From the NCBI GenBank assembly GCA_040954595.2, contig CM082587.2, positions 2,137,000-2,200,999 on the forward strand: a stretch of DNA of 64,000 nucleotides. Reading direction: 5' to 3'. Position numbers and translations under genes: made by a program. How positions within the stretch are numbered: the stretch's first letter is position 1; every line of letters begins with the position of its first letter. Below the pieces are notes generated by a model that saw only the letters and a list, made by a program, of their open reading frames with translations, made no database searches and was not told the DNA's origin. The stretch comes from Balanoglossus misakiensis. Taxonomy: Eukaryota; Animalia; Hemichordata. Positions 25,413 to 36,900 of this stretch are shown here, piece after piece.

Positions 25413-27133
25413 CAATGCTGTGTGGTGTCGAGCAATGTGTGTACTTTCAGAAGTGAATCATCCCACCACAAGGGTCATCTGCATACTGTCAGAGCCAGCC
25501 AATAAATCCCTGAAAAAAAAAATTAGTAAAGGTTACAAGCTAATGCATCCGTGCCATACAGAATAATATCTACAGTTTGCATGGCAGGGGTTTTGTATTT
25601 TCGTAGAAAACATGACAATATGTTGAAATTGCATTTTGTTACTTTTCATATTAAGCATTCATGTTGTCATAGTGTAAGATCATTCACTTTGCTATATTTT
25701 ACCTAATGTTAAGTTCTTTGGGGAGGGGTATCGATTTTTTTATTCCTTTTTGGCAGTGGCAACTTCTGTGTTTGGTACTTGCCAACTGTGATGGATCGCC
25801 CGTGTAGAATTTTCTCATAGTCCATGATCATTTATAGGATGTTAGAAGGACATATTCTTGATATTTCAAATAAACAATTTGGTGTTTGTCAAATCCGCTC
25901 AAGTTTCTCACTTATATACCCTTCTGGAACAATTGACTGGTGTATGTTCTCAGAGATTAGGTCTATTCCTGGAGCTCTATGTCATTCATGTGACCTATAC
26001 AAGTAGTTGACTATACAGCAATGTATCATTACTGACCAACATCAGTAATAATGCAGTATGATTGTAGCATTATTTATGTGACAGGCGTGTAGCTCAGTTT
26101 TGGCTGGTTCCCATGACTACAGATCCATGCATGTCTTCCAAGTTCGCCCCCATCGTTGAAAAGTGGAGTGCATGCAGTGGCTTTCCAAACAGAACAGCGC
26201 CGACATCGGTTAAGGCATATACCATTACATGTACACGATAGTTTCCCAAATAAAAGTAATCGTTTACAAATACTGTCGCCAATGGTACCGGAAAAATCTG
26301 TTTCCAATAAGAGATAGACTGCCAAGGAGAAACTATATCTTACAGATACCGGGTGCACTTCCGCTGACAACAAATATGCTGCTACTGTAGACGTAAAAAG
26401 GGCACTATCGTGTTGTGCTATTGACCTCTGCTGGGATCAGTCTAGCGGTCAGGAGTCGATTTCCACGGATGCAATCTTCGCATGAACAACTAAAGGCACT
26501 GCGTTTTCTTCATACTGCTAATCAACTTTATTGATAAAAATTGAAGTAAAAAGTTAATCTGTTCTTTTTACTGTGATATCTCGTCAACAGAACATCTTCT
26601 ATATTGGCAGTACCGCAAGTTCCACTTTTTCGTAATATCACATTTTTTATGCGAAGATTTTATGAAAGGCTTAAAACCTAAAATATCTTTGCAATGTACG
26701 AAAAATATGGGCAATTGCTGCCTTGTTCATTGCACCAAAGTTCAAGGTTTGTAGGGACACCCAGCACGAGCTGAACTTGTTACCATGACACTACATGCTT
26801 ATCATTGTAACATTGACAAAGACAACGTAGTCGTGTTACGTTATCAAAGCGACTCTGAAACTAATAAAAGAACATCGAAAAGTCGACGTCACGTCCGCAT
26901 CTCTGCTCACAGTTATCATAGTACGTGTCACCAATGCCATTTGCGTGTGAAAGTGGTGAACGGGGAATTTATAGTGGCCAACTATTAAAAAAGTACAATA
27001 TCGAAATCTTTCGCTCTAGCTTTCCTAATCTGCAAGTCAGAAATTATCCTCCACCACACAATACTAATCACATCAATTAAGATTAGCCAAACAAGTACAG
27101 TTTGATCCCTTATCATTTCAGTGAAAGGTTATG

Positions 27134-27192
27134 TTAAAGGGACCGTAAAGAAAACCATGAAAACGACGTTCGCTTTCTTTACGTCCCTTCAA
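27134..27192. mobile_element. Tiny inverted-repeat element with TTAA-like ends (Kolobok-like MITE remnant)
   Basis: TTAAAGGGACCGTAAAGAAA ... TTTCTTTACGTCCCTTCAA form an imperfect inverted repeat. Confidence 0.4.
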
Positions 27193-27417
27193 CGTCATCA
27201 CATTAGACGGTTATCTTATGGTTGACTGGGCGCCTTACAAGAAATTAAAACTGGTCTCTCCGTGTTACGAGGCACCGCCATCCGTGTCTCCGCAACTTCC
27301 TTTCCTCCTTCATCCATTCCAAAGATAAATGGCGACACTGATATTTCCTTGCAACTTTCGTTCGTTTTCTGAAATGCCATCTCGAAGGTGACGCGGAACT
27401 TTCAAGGTATCAGGAAG

Positions 27418-27513
27418 GTTACCCCCTGGCCATTTACCACCTGGGCACTCCCCACCACCCACTGGTAAAGGTTATGGACGAAGAGTCTGGTGGGGAAATT
27501 TCCAGGGGGTAAC
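27418..27513. mobile_element. Short palindromic MITE-like repeat
   Basis: GTTACCCCCTGG (27418-27429) and CCAGGGGGTAAC (27502-27513) form a perfect 12-bp inverted repeat. The inner pair is CCCCACCA / TGGTGGGG. Confidence 0.5.
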
Positions 27514-28662
27514 TGTCCTAGAACCCGCGGGCATACCAAGTCTGTTGTGATATTGGAATTTACGGTTGACCTGCATAAGTGTTAATTGAAAACTGTTAGG
27601 ACGTTGAAGGAATAACAGCATTGCTTCACGTGCTGTCGTCATTTTCATCAAACGTCTTGGGGCATTTGGTTATCAGTAATACTTACGGTTGATGACATTG
27701 CCTATAGGGTGCAACGTTTGAGGGAACACAGATTGGAAATGGTGCACTCACGAGGAAGTTTGGAATTTAATTTTCATTTGACGCATTACGTGCCAGTAGG
27801 TTCTTTATTCGGTCTCCATCAACATGTAATATTTCTTGCAAAGTCATATCTCGTGCTTCTGGATGGGGTAAACTGAATACACCGCCCTCACCAGGTTATA
27901 TTGTCTGAAATATCTCTCATACCGTATCTCGACCAGAGGCAAATTTTCGTTTCGTGCAGGCAACGCATGTGAGAATAAGTGAAAAAGTGGTTGTCAAAAG
28001 TTCTTTCTTCCACAACTGTTCACAGGAAATGCCAATGATATGGGCGTATAAATAGAAAGCGACATTAGCCCGGGGATACATAAAACTGAAGGTGAATCCT
28101 GGGTCGGCCCTGGTGCCTGTCACCCGTGGCGTCATCTTGGATGACGTTTATGTCTTGATTGCTAAGCACCGACCATTAGCCGTGCCAAGCAGTGACGTGC
28201 ACTGAGTTGCTGACTCGACAGAAACCGTCTCAGGAGTGTTAGATTTCGCTCCAGAAAGTTTGTACGTGTAAGCGATAATTGTCACAGCTGTCCGGCGGGT
28301 AATTTTGCGTGACTGGTAATTTGTTCGTGTCAGTGGTCTACTTTTGGATGATGAAGATAAATGAAGAAATGTATATGTAATTTGTTTGGTTAATTGAATG
28401 GTACTGAAAGATAAATACTACAACTTTCTCAAGTATAAAAACTTAATACTAGGGTTATAAAAGGAAACTATTTTATTGATTTACACAGATGTAACTGATT
28501 TTTTATAGAAAAGGGATAGAAAAGGGTTTTGTACTGTCAGTGGCCAGACTGGTCAGTGGTCGAATGGCTGAATGCCTTCTGTTGAACTGTCTCATCAAAA
28601 TGTCTTTTGTGGCCCATAATCCGTACAATCAAACAAAGTTCAGAGAAAGTGTATTTGCAAAC

Positions 28663-29611
28663 GGCTGTATCTAAAACCTGGACTGGACTCATGGACTGGA
28701 CTCATGGACTGGACTCGTGGACTGGACTGGATTTCAAATTTTTGATTTCTCACTTGAAAATAGGTCTGAGTCTACAAGTCCAGTCCCAGTTCACAATTAT
28801 GATGACACAGACACTTTAAATTACATAATTTATGTAAATGATACAGTCTTTAATTACCTTAAGTCAGTGGTGAGTCCACTGTATACAATAAAAGGAAAGA
28901 GGCTCCTCACACCTCAATCATAAATTTCTTAAAGAAATTTAGAATTGAAGTATATAATAGTTTATCGTAGCAGTAAAGAAATCTAAGAATAATTAAAAAT
29001 GACAAGTCAATACGATAGTTGCTAGAATTGGTAAAACAAGAAAAGTGGGAGGTGGTGTCCCCCTCCCACATAAGACAATTTTGTAAAATATGGTGCTCAA
29101 AGTTGCATTTTAGTGTACCCAAAAGCAAATGAAGTCAATGTTAGGGAGGACATATTTCACTTTTGCCACTCAAAGTTAACATGAGTGGGGGTGGGATGGC
29201 AAGTATTCTGCCCTGGTACTCTACATGTGGCGAAGAATGGATGGGGTGGGTGTGGGAATGGGTGTCCCCCTCCCACATTAGAAAAAGTGACCCCCCCCCC
29301 CTGGATTTTGCCGCCCCCAGCCGTAAAAACTGAACGGTCCCTAAAAGTAATAATAAGTTACATGTACATGACCTGCTGTGAGGCATGCTATCTTTAGGGA
29401 CTCACCACTGACTAAGGTAATTAAAGACTGTATCATTTACATAAATTATCTAATTTCAAGTGTCTGTGTCATCATAATTGTGAACTGGGACTGGACTTGT
29501 AGACTCAGACCTATTTTCAAGTGAGAAATCAAAAATTTGAAATCCAGTCCAGTCCACGAGTCCAGTCCATGAGTCCAGTCCATGAGTCCAGTCCAGGTTT
29601 TAGATACAGCC
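28663..29611. mobile_element. Non-autonomous Mutator-like/Foldback DNA transposon, 949 bp
   Basis: TIRs 28663-28877 and 29398-29611 (~215 bp, begin GGCTGTATCTAAAACC) are nearly identical. A perfect 9-bp TSD TTTGCAAAC sits at 28654-28662 and 29612-29620. Subterminal GGACTGGACTCAT tandem repeats are present and there is no transposase ORF. Confidence 0.9.
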
Positions 29612-29984
29612 TTTGCAAACCTGTCTGAGAGTGTGCGACACAGGAAGTCAATCAACAAGCTATGAATTTGCACACAATGGGGCGCGTAACATTAAACAAA
29701 GCGATAATTGGCCATAATCATCCCCGAATTGAACCGGGGTTTAATAATTACACCAACGACTGGCAAGTTAAGACGGAAGTTACTGAGTTGGAGGCAAAAC
29801 GGGTCAAGTGGCTACCAACACAGAAGCAAGGAAACGTGTGGGAGTACGCTTTGTTTGAAAACAAAAATTTCCACGGATTTGCATTCAAAACAATATAAAA
29901 AAGTGACATCTACTGTCGGACTTTGAAACCCTGTCTTTGCATGGGTCTTCTCCACATAAATGACATAAATATATAAGGAGGCGC

Positions 29985-29985
<1 letters not shown>

Positions 29986-30041
<56 letters not shown>
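29986..30041. repeat. (ATC)n microsatellite
   Basis: About 18 perfect ATC units. Confidence 0.95.
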
Positions 30042-30973
30042 TGGCCTGTGGTAGGCCTATTTCCGCGTGTGTTTGTGTTTCGCGATAGGCCTTTTTTCAT
30101 CAGTCTTTTGTTTATTTAGGCCTATTTTGGGCTTATTTTGTTAGGCGCAAATGATGTGTTTAGGCCTAGGCCTGAATTGTACACACAACAGGGGCTAAAC
30201 ACACTAAAGAGTTGTCCGTTCATCAATAAAGAGTTGTGCTTGTTTGTTTATTAACTTGCTTGCAAGCTCATCTAACAAATAATACTAGTACCATGTTTGA
30301 TGTTAGTATCTGTTACATGAGATGTATACACGACCTCTATGGGTCTCTTTCTAACTCTTGCTCGAGTGACTGTGGTCCAAATAGGCCTACAGCACAGGGG
30401 CCTCGCAGATCGACCGACGGATATATAAGAACTTGGAACGGCAACATTCTACACTAACTTTTAAAACTATTGACTCTGTTTATTTCTATATGTCTATTTA
30501 CTACTAGAGTGGCACTCGATTGCGAGTAAAAAGCCGAAAGCCCAGTGTGTGCTAAGAAAACAAACACAGGAAGCACTGATATGAGCTATTTAGCATATGT
30601 ATTTGCATAAAAGTATACATTTAGGAAGTGCTGAGGAGTGCGGCGCTGTGATTTTGTCCAGTTCGCTTCTTGCCCGAAGCCAGTTTAGTTGGTTATGCGC
30701 GCCTGTGCCCCTCCAACGTGTACATTTCTCGTAGATTTGGAAATTCTTCCAGTTCTTAGTGACATGGATGTAGTGTAGTGTTTTTTCTTAGTATAACGTG
30801 CGCGTTTGGGGCAGGATTTTGCCTCGTTTTATTTTGTCGTCTGCACGTTTTGAACTTTTGAAGATTTCGATCGAGTTGAGTGGCTGCGTTCAGAAGTTTT
30901 TACTCGAGGTGAGTGAGGAGGCGATCTGAGAAATTGTGCTGGAGAAGGACAGTCAGCGATCAAAATCGGAACA

Positions 30974-33900
30974 ATGGAACTTCGACACAACTTTATCCCA
31001 TACATTTGTGTTCTTTTATCACTTTTTGCGGCTAACTCAAAAGTTGAAGCTCAACATCGTCGCGGGGACATTGAACCTGAAGCCGAGATAGTAAGAGAAG
31101 TCGCTAAGTTAATCCCACAGGCAAACTCGGGCAAAGATGACGTCCCTCCTCAAGGAGCGTCTACTCTAACTTTTGTCTTTGATGTCACGGGTTCTATGTA
31201 CGATGATCTACAACAGGTTATTGAAGGTGCTGCTAAGATCTTGAAGACAACTTTAGAAAACAGAGACAAAATTCTGTACAACTATGCCTTGGTGCCTTTC
31301 CACGACCCGCGTAAGTACACACTATATTTAATCGGTTTATTTGTATACGGAGTTTCAATTTAGCGTGAATATGTAACAGGCGGGCTCGAGTCTATTAAAA
31401 TACAACTAGACCAAAGGGGCAGTGTTTACGTAAATCATGACACCAATCTCCTTTGGACTCGGTTGGACTTGAAATGGACTGCAGCTGTCAGTTTGTGAAG
31501 CAAAGAGTGCACAGTGTAAAACTTCGAAAGTGAGGACCGGGAGTTTACCCGCCCAGTACAGCAGACGCCTGGAGCAAGGATTTGTGAATGGGAAAACTTT
31601 TTAATACAGCTTTAGAGAAACCTTGACGATGGGGGCATGATATATACACCGTGTACATGTACACAGGCACTGCTGAAATCGGGCACGTATGTCTATTTCA
31701 ATAAAGTAGCAATCTTTGTTTTACTTTACACAACGCGCCTGATTTCGGCAGTGCCTGTGGCATGATAAACAAACGATTGCCAAAGTTTGTGAAATGTTCC
31801 AGTTGTTTATAATTACAACTATTGTGTGTCCCTTTAAACATGTCTTTCTTAATTTTTCCTGATAAGTACTGTAAAACGGGGAAATTTTCATGACAGGAAA
31901 TTTTCGTGATTCCCGATATCAAAAGAGGCAACTATGCGATTTGGCTCTAGCGAAGTTCACGATAAATTATTGTTTGCGAAAAATTTCCCGTTTTACAGTA
32001 CTTGCATCTGCTCACACAAACACATAGTGACATACACACACATACATACATACATACATACACAATGCACCTAGCGAATTGTAACTTGTACGGAGTTGGA
32101 AACAAGAAGAAATATGATGAGGTCACGGCCACTTGCAATAAATAAATCCCACTGAGTGAGTGTTCCAACATTCCGCAAAATTTTACACAGTTGACCTAAT
32201 CTGTTCGAAGGATAAAAACAATATCAGCTTTGATAAAGAGGTCTCTTTCCTCACAGTAAGAAATGATAAGTTATGCTGTATGTACAACCAAAGGTTGACT
32301 TTCCCATGACAAAGAGAATTCTTGTAATAACTTGACAGCACTCTAGTTGCCCAGGAGTAGCAGCCAACAGAGCAACTAAGTCATTCATTGAGCTGAGACA
32401 TTCATTTCGCAGCTGTTTTTTCAAGCAAGAGTTCAAATGAAACAGTAGCCTCTCAGTTGAGTGTTACATTCGGTATGATAGGATTATGGCTATTTTACCA
32501 TTAGATCATCTGAAATTTTGTGTTTTTCTAAATAAGTGCAGACCATGCTCTGGTCAGTTTTGGCCAATTTGAACAACGCTTCAGTCTGCTATATTCAATG
32601 TTGGTTGTTTTGTTTTTGATCATTCAAGGACAATTTACTTCATGTGTGGGTGGGGTATATATACGTCAGTTTGCACCATAATATTGTTTGAGTGTCGCTG
32701 CTAGAGGTCCATCTTGATACAAATTTTCTCTGACTGATTTCCTTGAACAGGAATTCTTCCGAAACTTTTTTTGATCTGGCAATGACATTAAGTTGCTGTC
32801 TTCTTTTCCGCATTAATGATTACTAAAACAAAAAGGCCTCATCTATTTTATCCATACAGGATCTAGGGCTTCAAAAGATAGCAGCCATGGCAAGGGTCCC
32901 TCAATCTGGCCAATATGGAAATGCGCAGAGCTATTATCATGCTTTCAAAACCTGGGTGTATTCCGGAAATACCACACACTTTGTCAGAGTGGAAAACTCC
33001 ACTTCTATCAACTTTCACTTTGCTAAAGTGGAAGGGCTCGTGCTCCATCCACTTTTCATGTTGATTAAGTCAAGAGTACATGTATCTTTAATGAAGAAAA
33101 CTAAGAACACACTCAAAATAAGTTGTTAACCAGACCTCAAAGTATGTACTTGTAGGTCACGTCAATCCAAAGCTCACTGATGTAGGTAAGAAAGATATCA
33201 GTGAGAACGTGTACAATCAAAGGTAACGTGACTAGGTCATGCATACATGTACATTGTGTTAGATGATAGTTGGCACTGTGGGAGGTAGTTAACCTTTGGA
33301 GCTTGGCTTTTTCGAGAACAGGGAAGGTTCCTATGCTTAATTTTCAGCAGGTGGTCAAACTGTGAAATAGGAAGAAAGTCGGCAACATCACTCAACTGAC
33401 AAGATGAAGAAACCAATAGAGTCAGATTAGTTGCTTCGGTGACCTAGTCACAGACAGCGCGAGATTGATTGCAATCAAGCAGAAACTTGATAAGAAAATA
33501 TTCAACAATGTTGGTTGCATAATACGACGACATGTCATTGTTGTAGATATTCTGGTATTCTGATTTTTTTTAATCACATGTGACTTTCTTGGCCTAACTT
33601 GGTGTGATTATTAACTCACGTGTACAATTACTAGCTTGCAACAGAATACATGTCCTGTACCAAGACATAGCAGATATACATTATTGATGCAATGATTTTG
33701 AATGAAGATGGTACCTGAAAGGGAAACTGTTTTTATTTGACTGCATGTACCTGCTAACTCATGCAGAAAGATGGGGCATGGTTTGAGCGTGTCAGTGGGT
33801 GTACCTTGGGTTCCCCCAATGCCCCAGGTTGTTACTACAAAGTGTATGTCTACCATTGGCTGCAAGGGTGTGCAATGTGTATGTCAATAGGTGTATATGT

Positions 33901-36900
33901 AAACACTAAAAATAACATTTTACTAACTGAGTCACTAAGTTCTACTGTGTAATCCTGTGAGAGATCCCTTTGGGCAGTTTCTCTACAGAAGAAGCCTTCT
34001 GGCAGCGTCTTGCTTGACTTGGTTTGAACAAAAGGGCTTTGCCAGACATATGATGAACTTTGAAGTTTAGCAATGATACCCTTATGTCAATTTTGGAGGC
34101 TTGTCTAATACCTGTCCTTACAGTACAAGGTGTAATTGTCTTAAAAAGTGCTACTTTTGGGATGGTTTTCAAAGTTAATGATCTTGGCAGATTGTGTAAG
34201 ATGACATATTTTGTGCGTCTTTTCGGTGTATACCTATTTGCACATCCCTTTCCTGCTGATAATATTGTATCAAAGCACTTGTCTATATCATGTTTATGAA
34301 GTTGGTATGCTTTCTTTAGTATGTGTATATGTACAGCTATCAAATTGTTATGGTATTGAAGAGTCCATGAATGTCAAGATCTTTGTCAATGGAAAACTTT
34401 TCCTGGTCGCTGGGATCTTTGTCCGTGCAAAAAAATTGGTAGCATCTATGGATGTTTGATGGAAGTGACCTCTGATGAATCAAGTACTTGCAACCCAGTG
34501 GCCGAGGTCAAGAAATACAAAAGGTGTCTGGTTTCTTTGAATTGTTTTTTCTGTTAAATATAACAAATAGGTTGTAAAAGAAAGGTTTTGTATACTGATC
34601 TTTTCATTATTCTGATCTTTCCATTTATTAGAACAGTATTTAAAGCTAATGTTGTATGTATAAATAGTAAACTTCATTCATGGTCATGCTTTTGAAGATT
34701 TGCGTCCATGGTTCAGTGGTAATGACTCCTCACAAAGTCAATTGTCTCGAATGAATGGATCACAAAGACAGGTGAAGTTCAATATAGCATCAACTTGGGA
34801 GTTCTGTTTGCTCTTGACAGCCAATGACGTACTAAAAGGTTTGGTCGGTGCATGAGGGAAAGAAAGTTCATAACTGAAAATGTCAACAACAAGATCAGCT
34901 CTGTTTCATGGCAAATAAGTGTCAGGAAGTTTGTGGAAATTCCTGCTGCCAAGTGGAACTGTTTTCCAATGATTGGAAGAGGTCTGGTAAAAGCATTTGA
35001 TACTTGACTGATAAGAGCAGACAGTGTCTGCCACAATGTCAAGTCTATTGTTGCTTCAGATAGGAGTATCAGAGACTGTATGAATAAGAATGCAGGAAGT
35101 TCAGCCTATTGAATATTTTTAGAGATCCAAAGTGCAAAGGTAATTGATAGATCTATGTCAGTAGATGCATGTTTGTCCCTAATGCATTGTGTGTTACTGA
35201 TACGGCGCTGAATCCTGATAGTTCTGTAGACCATCTGTTTTTATTTCACAAACATTCAGATTGACCGGCATGACAGTCGGAGCATTAGGATTAAGACGAG
35301 CATTATGATTAAAGCGATACCGAAGGATTGGATGTGCGCACTGATTGCTGTTGCTGGCAAGGTTCCAAGTGCACATTGCTGCACACGAACAAGCAGATAT
35401 CTTTATTCCAAAGTTTTTCTGTGGTTTTTCATCTCCAGATATTTTGAAGATTTCAACACATTTTCCTTTCTCAAGTTTTAACAACTTTAAGTGATTTCCT
35501 GTGGCAGAGTTATACAAGGCACAGAGAAGGATGCTTGCTTTTCTGATTTGATGAAATTTACATAGGTTCGGTCTGTAATAGCAAGGTGACTATTTAGTGG
35601 ACCAAGAATGTATGGTTGATACACAAGACGTCAGTAATTTTAAGACCCCCCCCCCCCCCCACTTAAAAGTAAGATCTCTTCAACTTCAAGAAAATGGGTT
35701 GAAGGTGATCTCAAGCAGCTGAGAGAGCCACCAACATGGGGTGATCTGTGGCAAAGGTTTGTGGGCCACTCTGAGACTGGTCTGTCTGTGTGGAAGGAAG
35801 TGCTGTGAGATTGTCAGTTATATATACATTTGTAGACAGAATAAACACGATAGGGGGTGTAACTGTCAGTTACATTTAACAATCAGCAAGACATTAACAA
35901 GCTGTCCTTAAACAGACTTAGAGACCTTTTGAATGCACAAAAGGTGGTAGTCCGCATGGTGTTTCTAGGATTGTGATAAGTGCATGAATTTCTCAACCTC
36001 TGGCTTTCAGATGCTTCACCATCTTATACGCCATAATCTTAATGTTTTGGCACAGTCTCAAAGACTTGGCCTTTCTGACAATATATACAAAAATAATTTG
36101 ATATGCATTCCAAATGAGATACAAGCATGATTCATACACTCCTGGAAAGTCCTTGAAGTTTGAAACAACTGGATAGTTCTTGAAAGTTGTGGAAAAATGA
36201 AATTTGCTCTTTTACACCATATGGAGTCAACCCTGTCTGTGTCAGGTATTTCTACCAACAGGGAATAATCCGGAGTTCTTGAATTTGTGCCAATATCTGT
36301 GATCATTCCCGGGCCCCTCCTTGACCATCAGCAAGGAATGCGAAGCTCAGCCAGGATCAATCAAAACATTTTTGCACCGAGTGGTCTGTCTCAGAGTAGT
36401 CGGTATCTTGGGGTTTCATTGGCCAGGGTCCCAGTTAGATAAACCAACCACAATATCTGTAACTATTCAAGTCTGATCCACATGAAGAACAATCAGTTCG
36501 GAGATGGGGGAAGAGATTGCATAAGTGTTGAGTAGAGTAAATTGATGCTTTGTAGGAGTCTTCAGATGGTTAATGTTTAAACCATAAACAATATTTCTGG
36601 CTGAGGTGAACCAGGCTATAGTCCCTCATTTCTGGAAGGTGTATGGGTAAACAGACTCAGTACCAAGTGACTTTGTTGAGTCAGATGATTTGATCAGTGC
36701 CGGTCGTAACCCCTACCCAAACTGTATCTTTGTGTGCTGTAGTTCTGCCATATACAATGTATTGTAGTTGTCCCTTTAATGCCCTTTTAACATAATGCAT
36801 TCTGTTGGAATGGCAAAGTGTTTGGGATTTTGATGTTGCGCAAAAAATCCATTAAGATTGCGTGTGTTGGTAGGCTTGCATTTCAACAATGAAAACTGAG

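Noticed and set aside
28607-29673. Mirror-image ORFs sharing AVSKTWTGLMDWTHGLDSWTGLDF
   Set aside because: They are translations of the two TIRs and their GGACT repeats, not genes.
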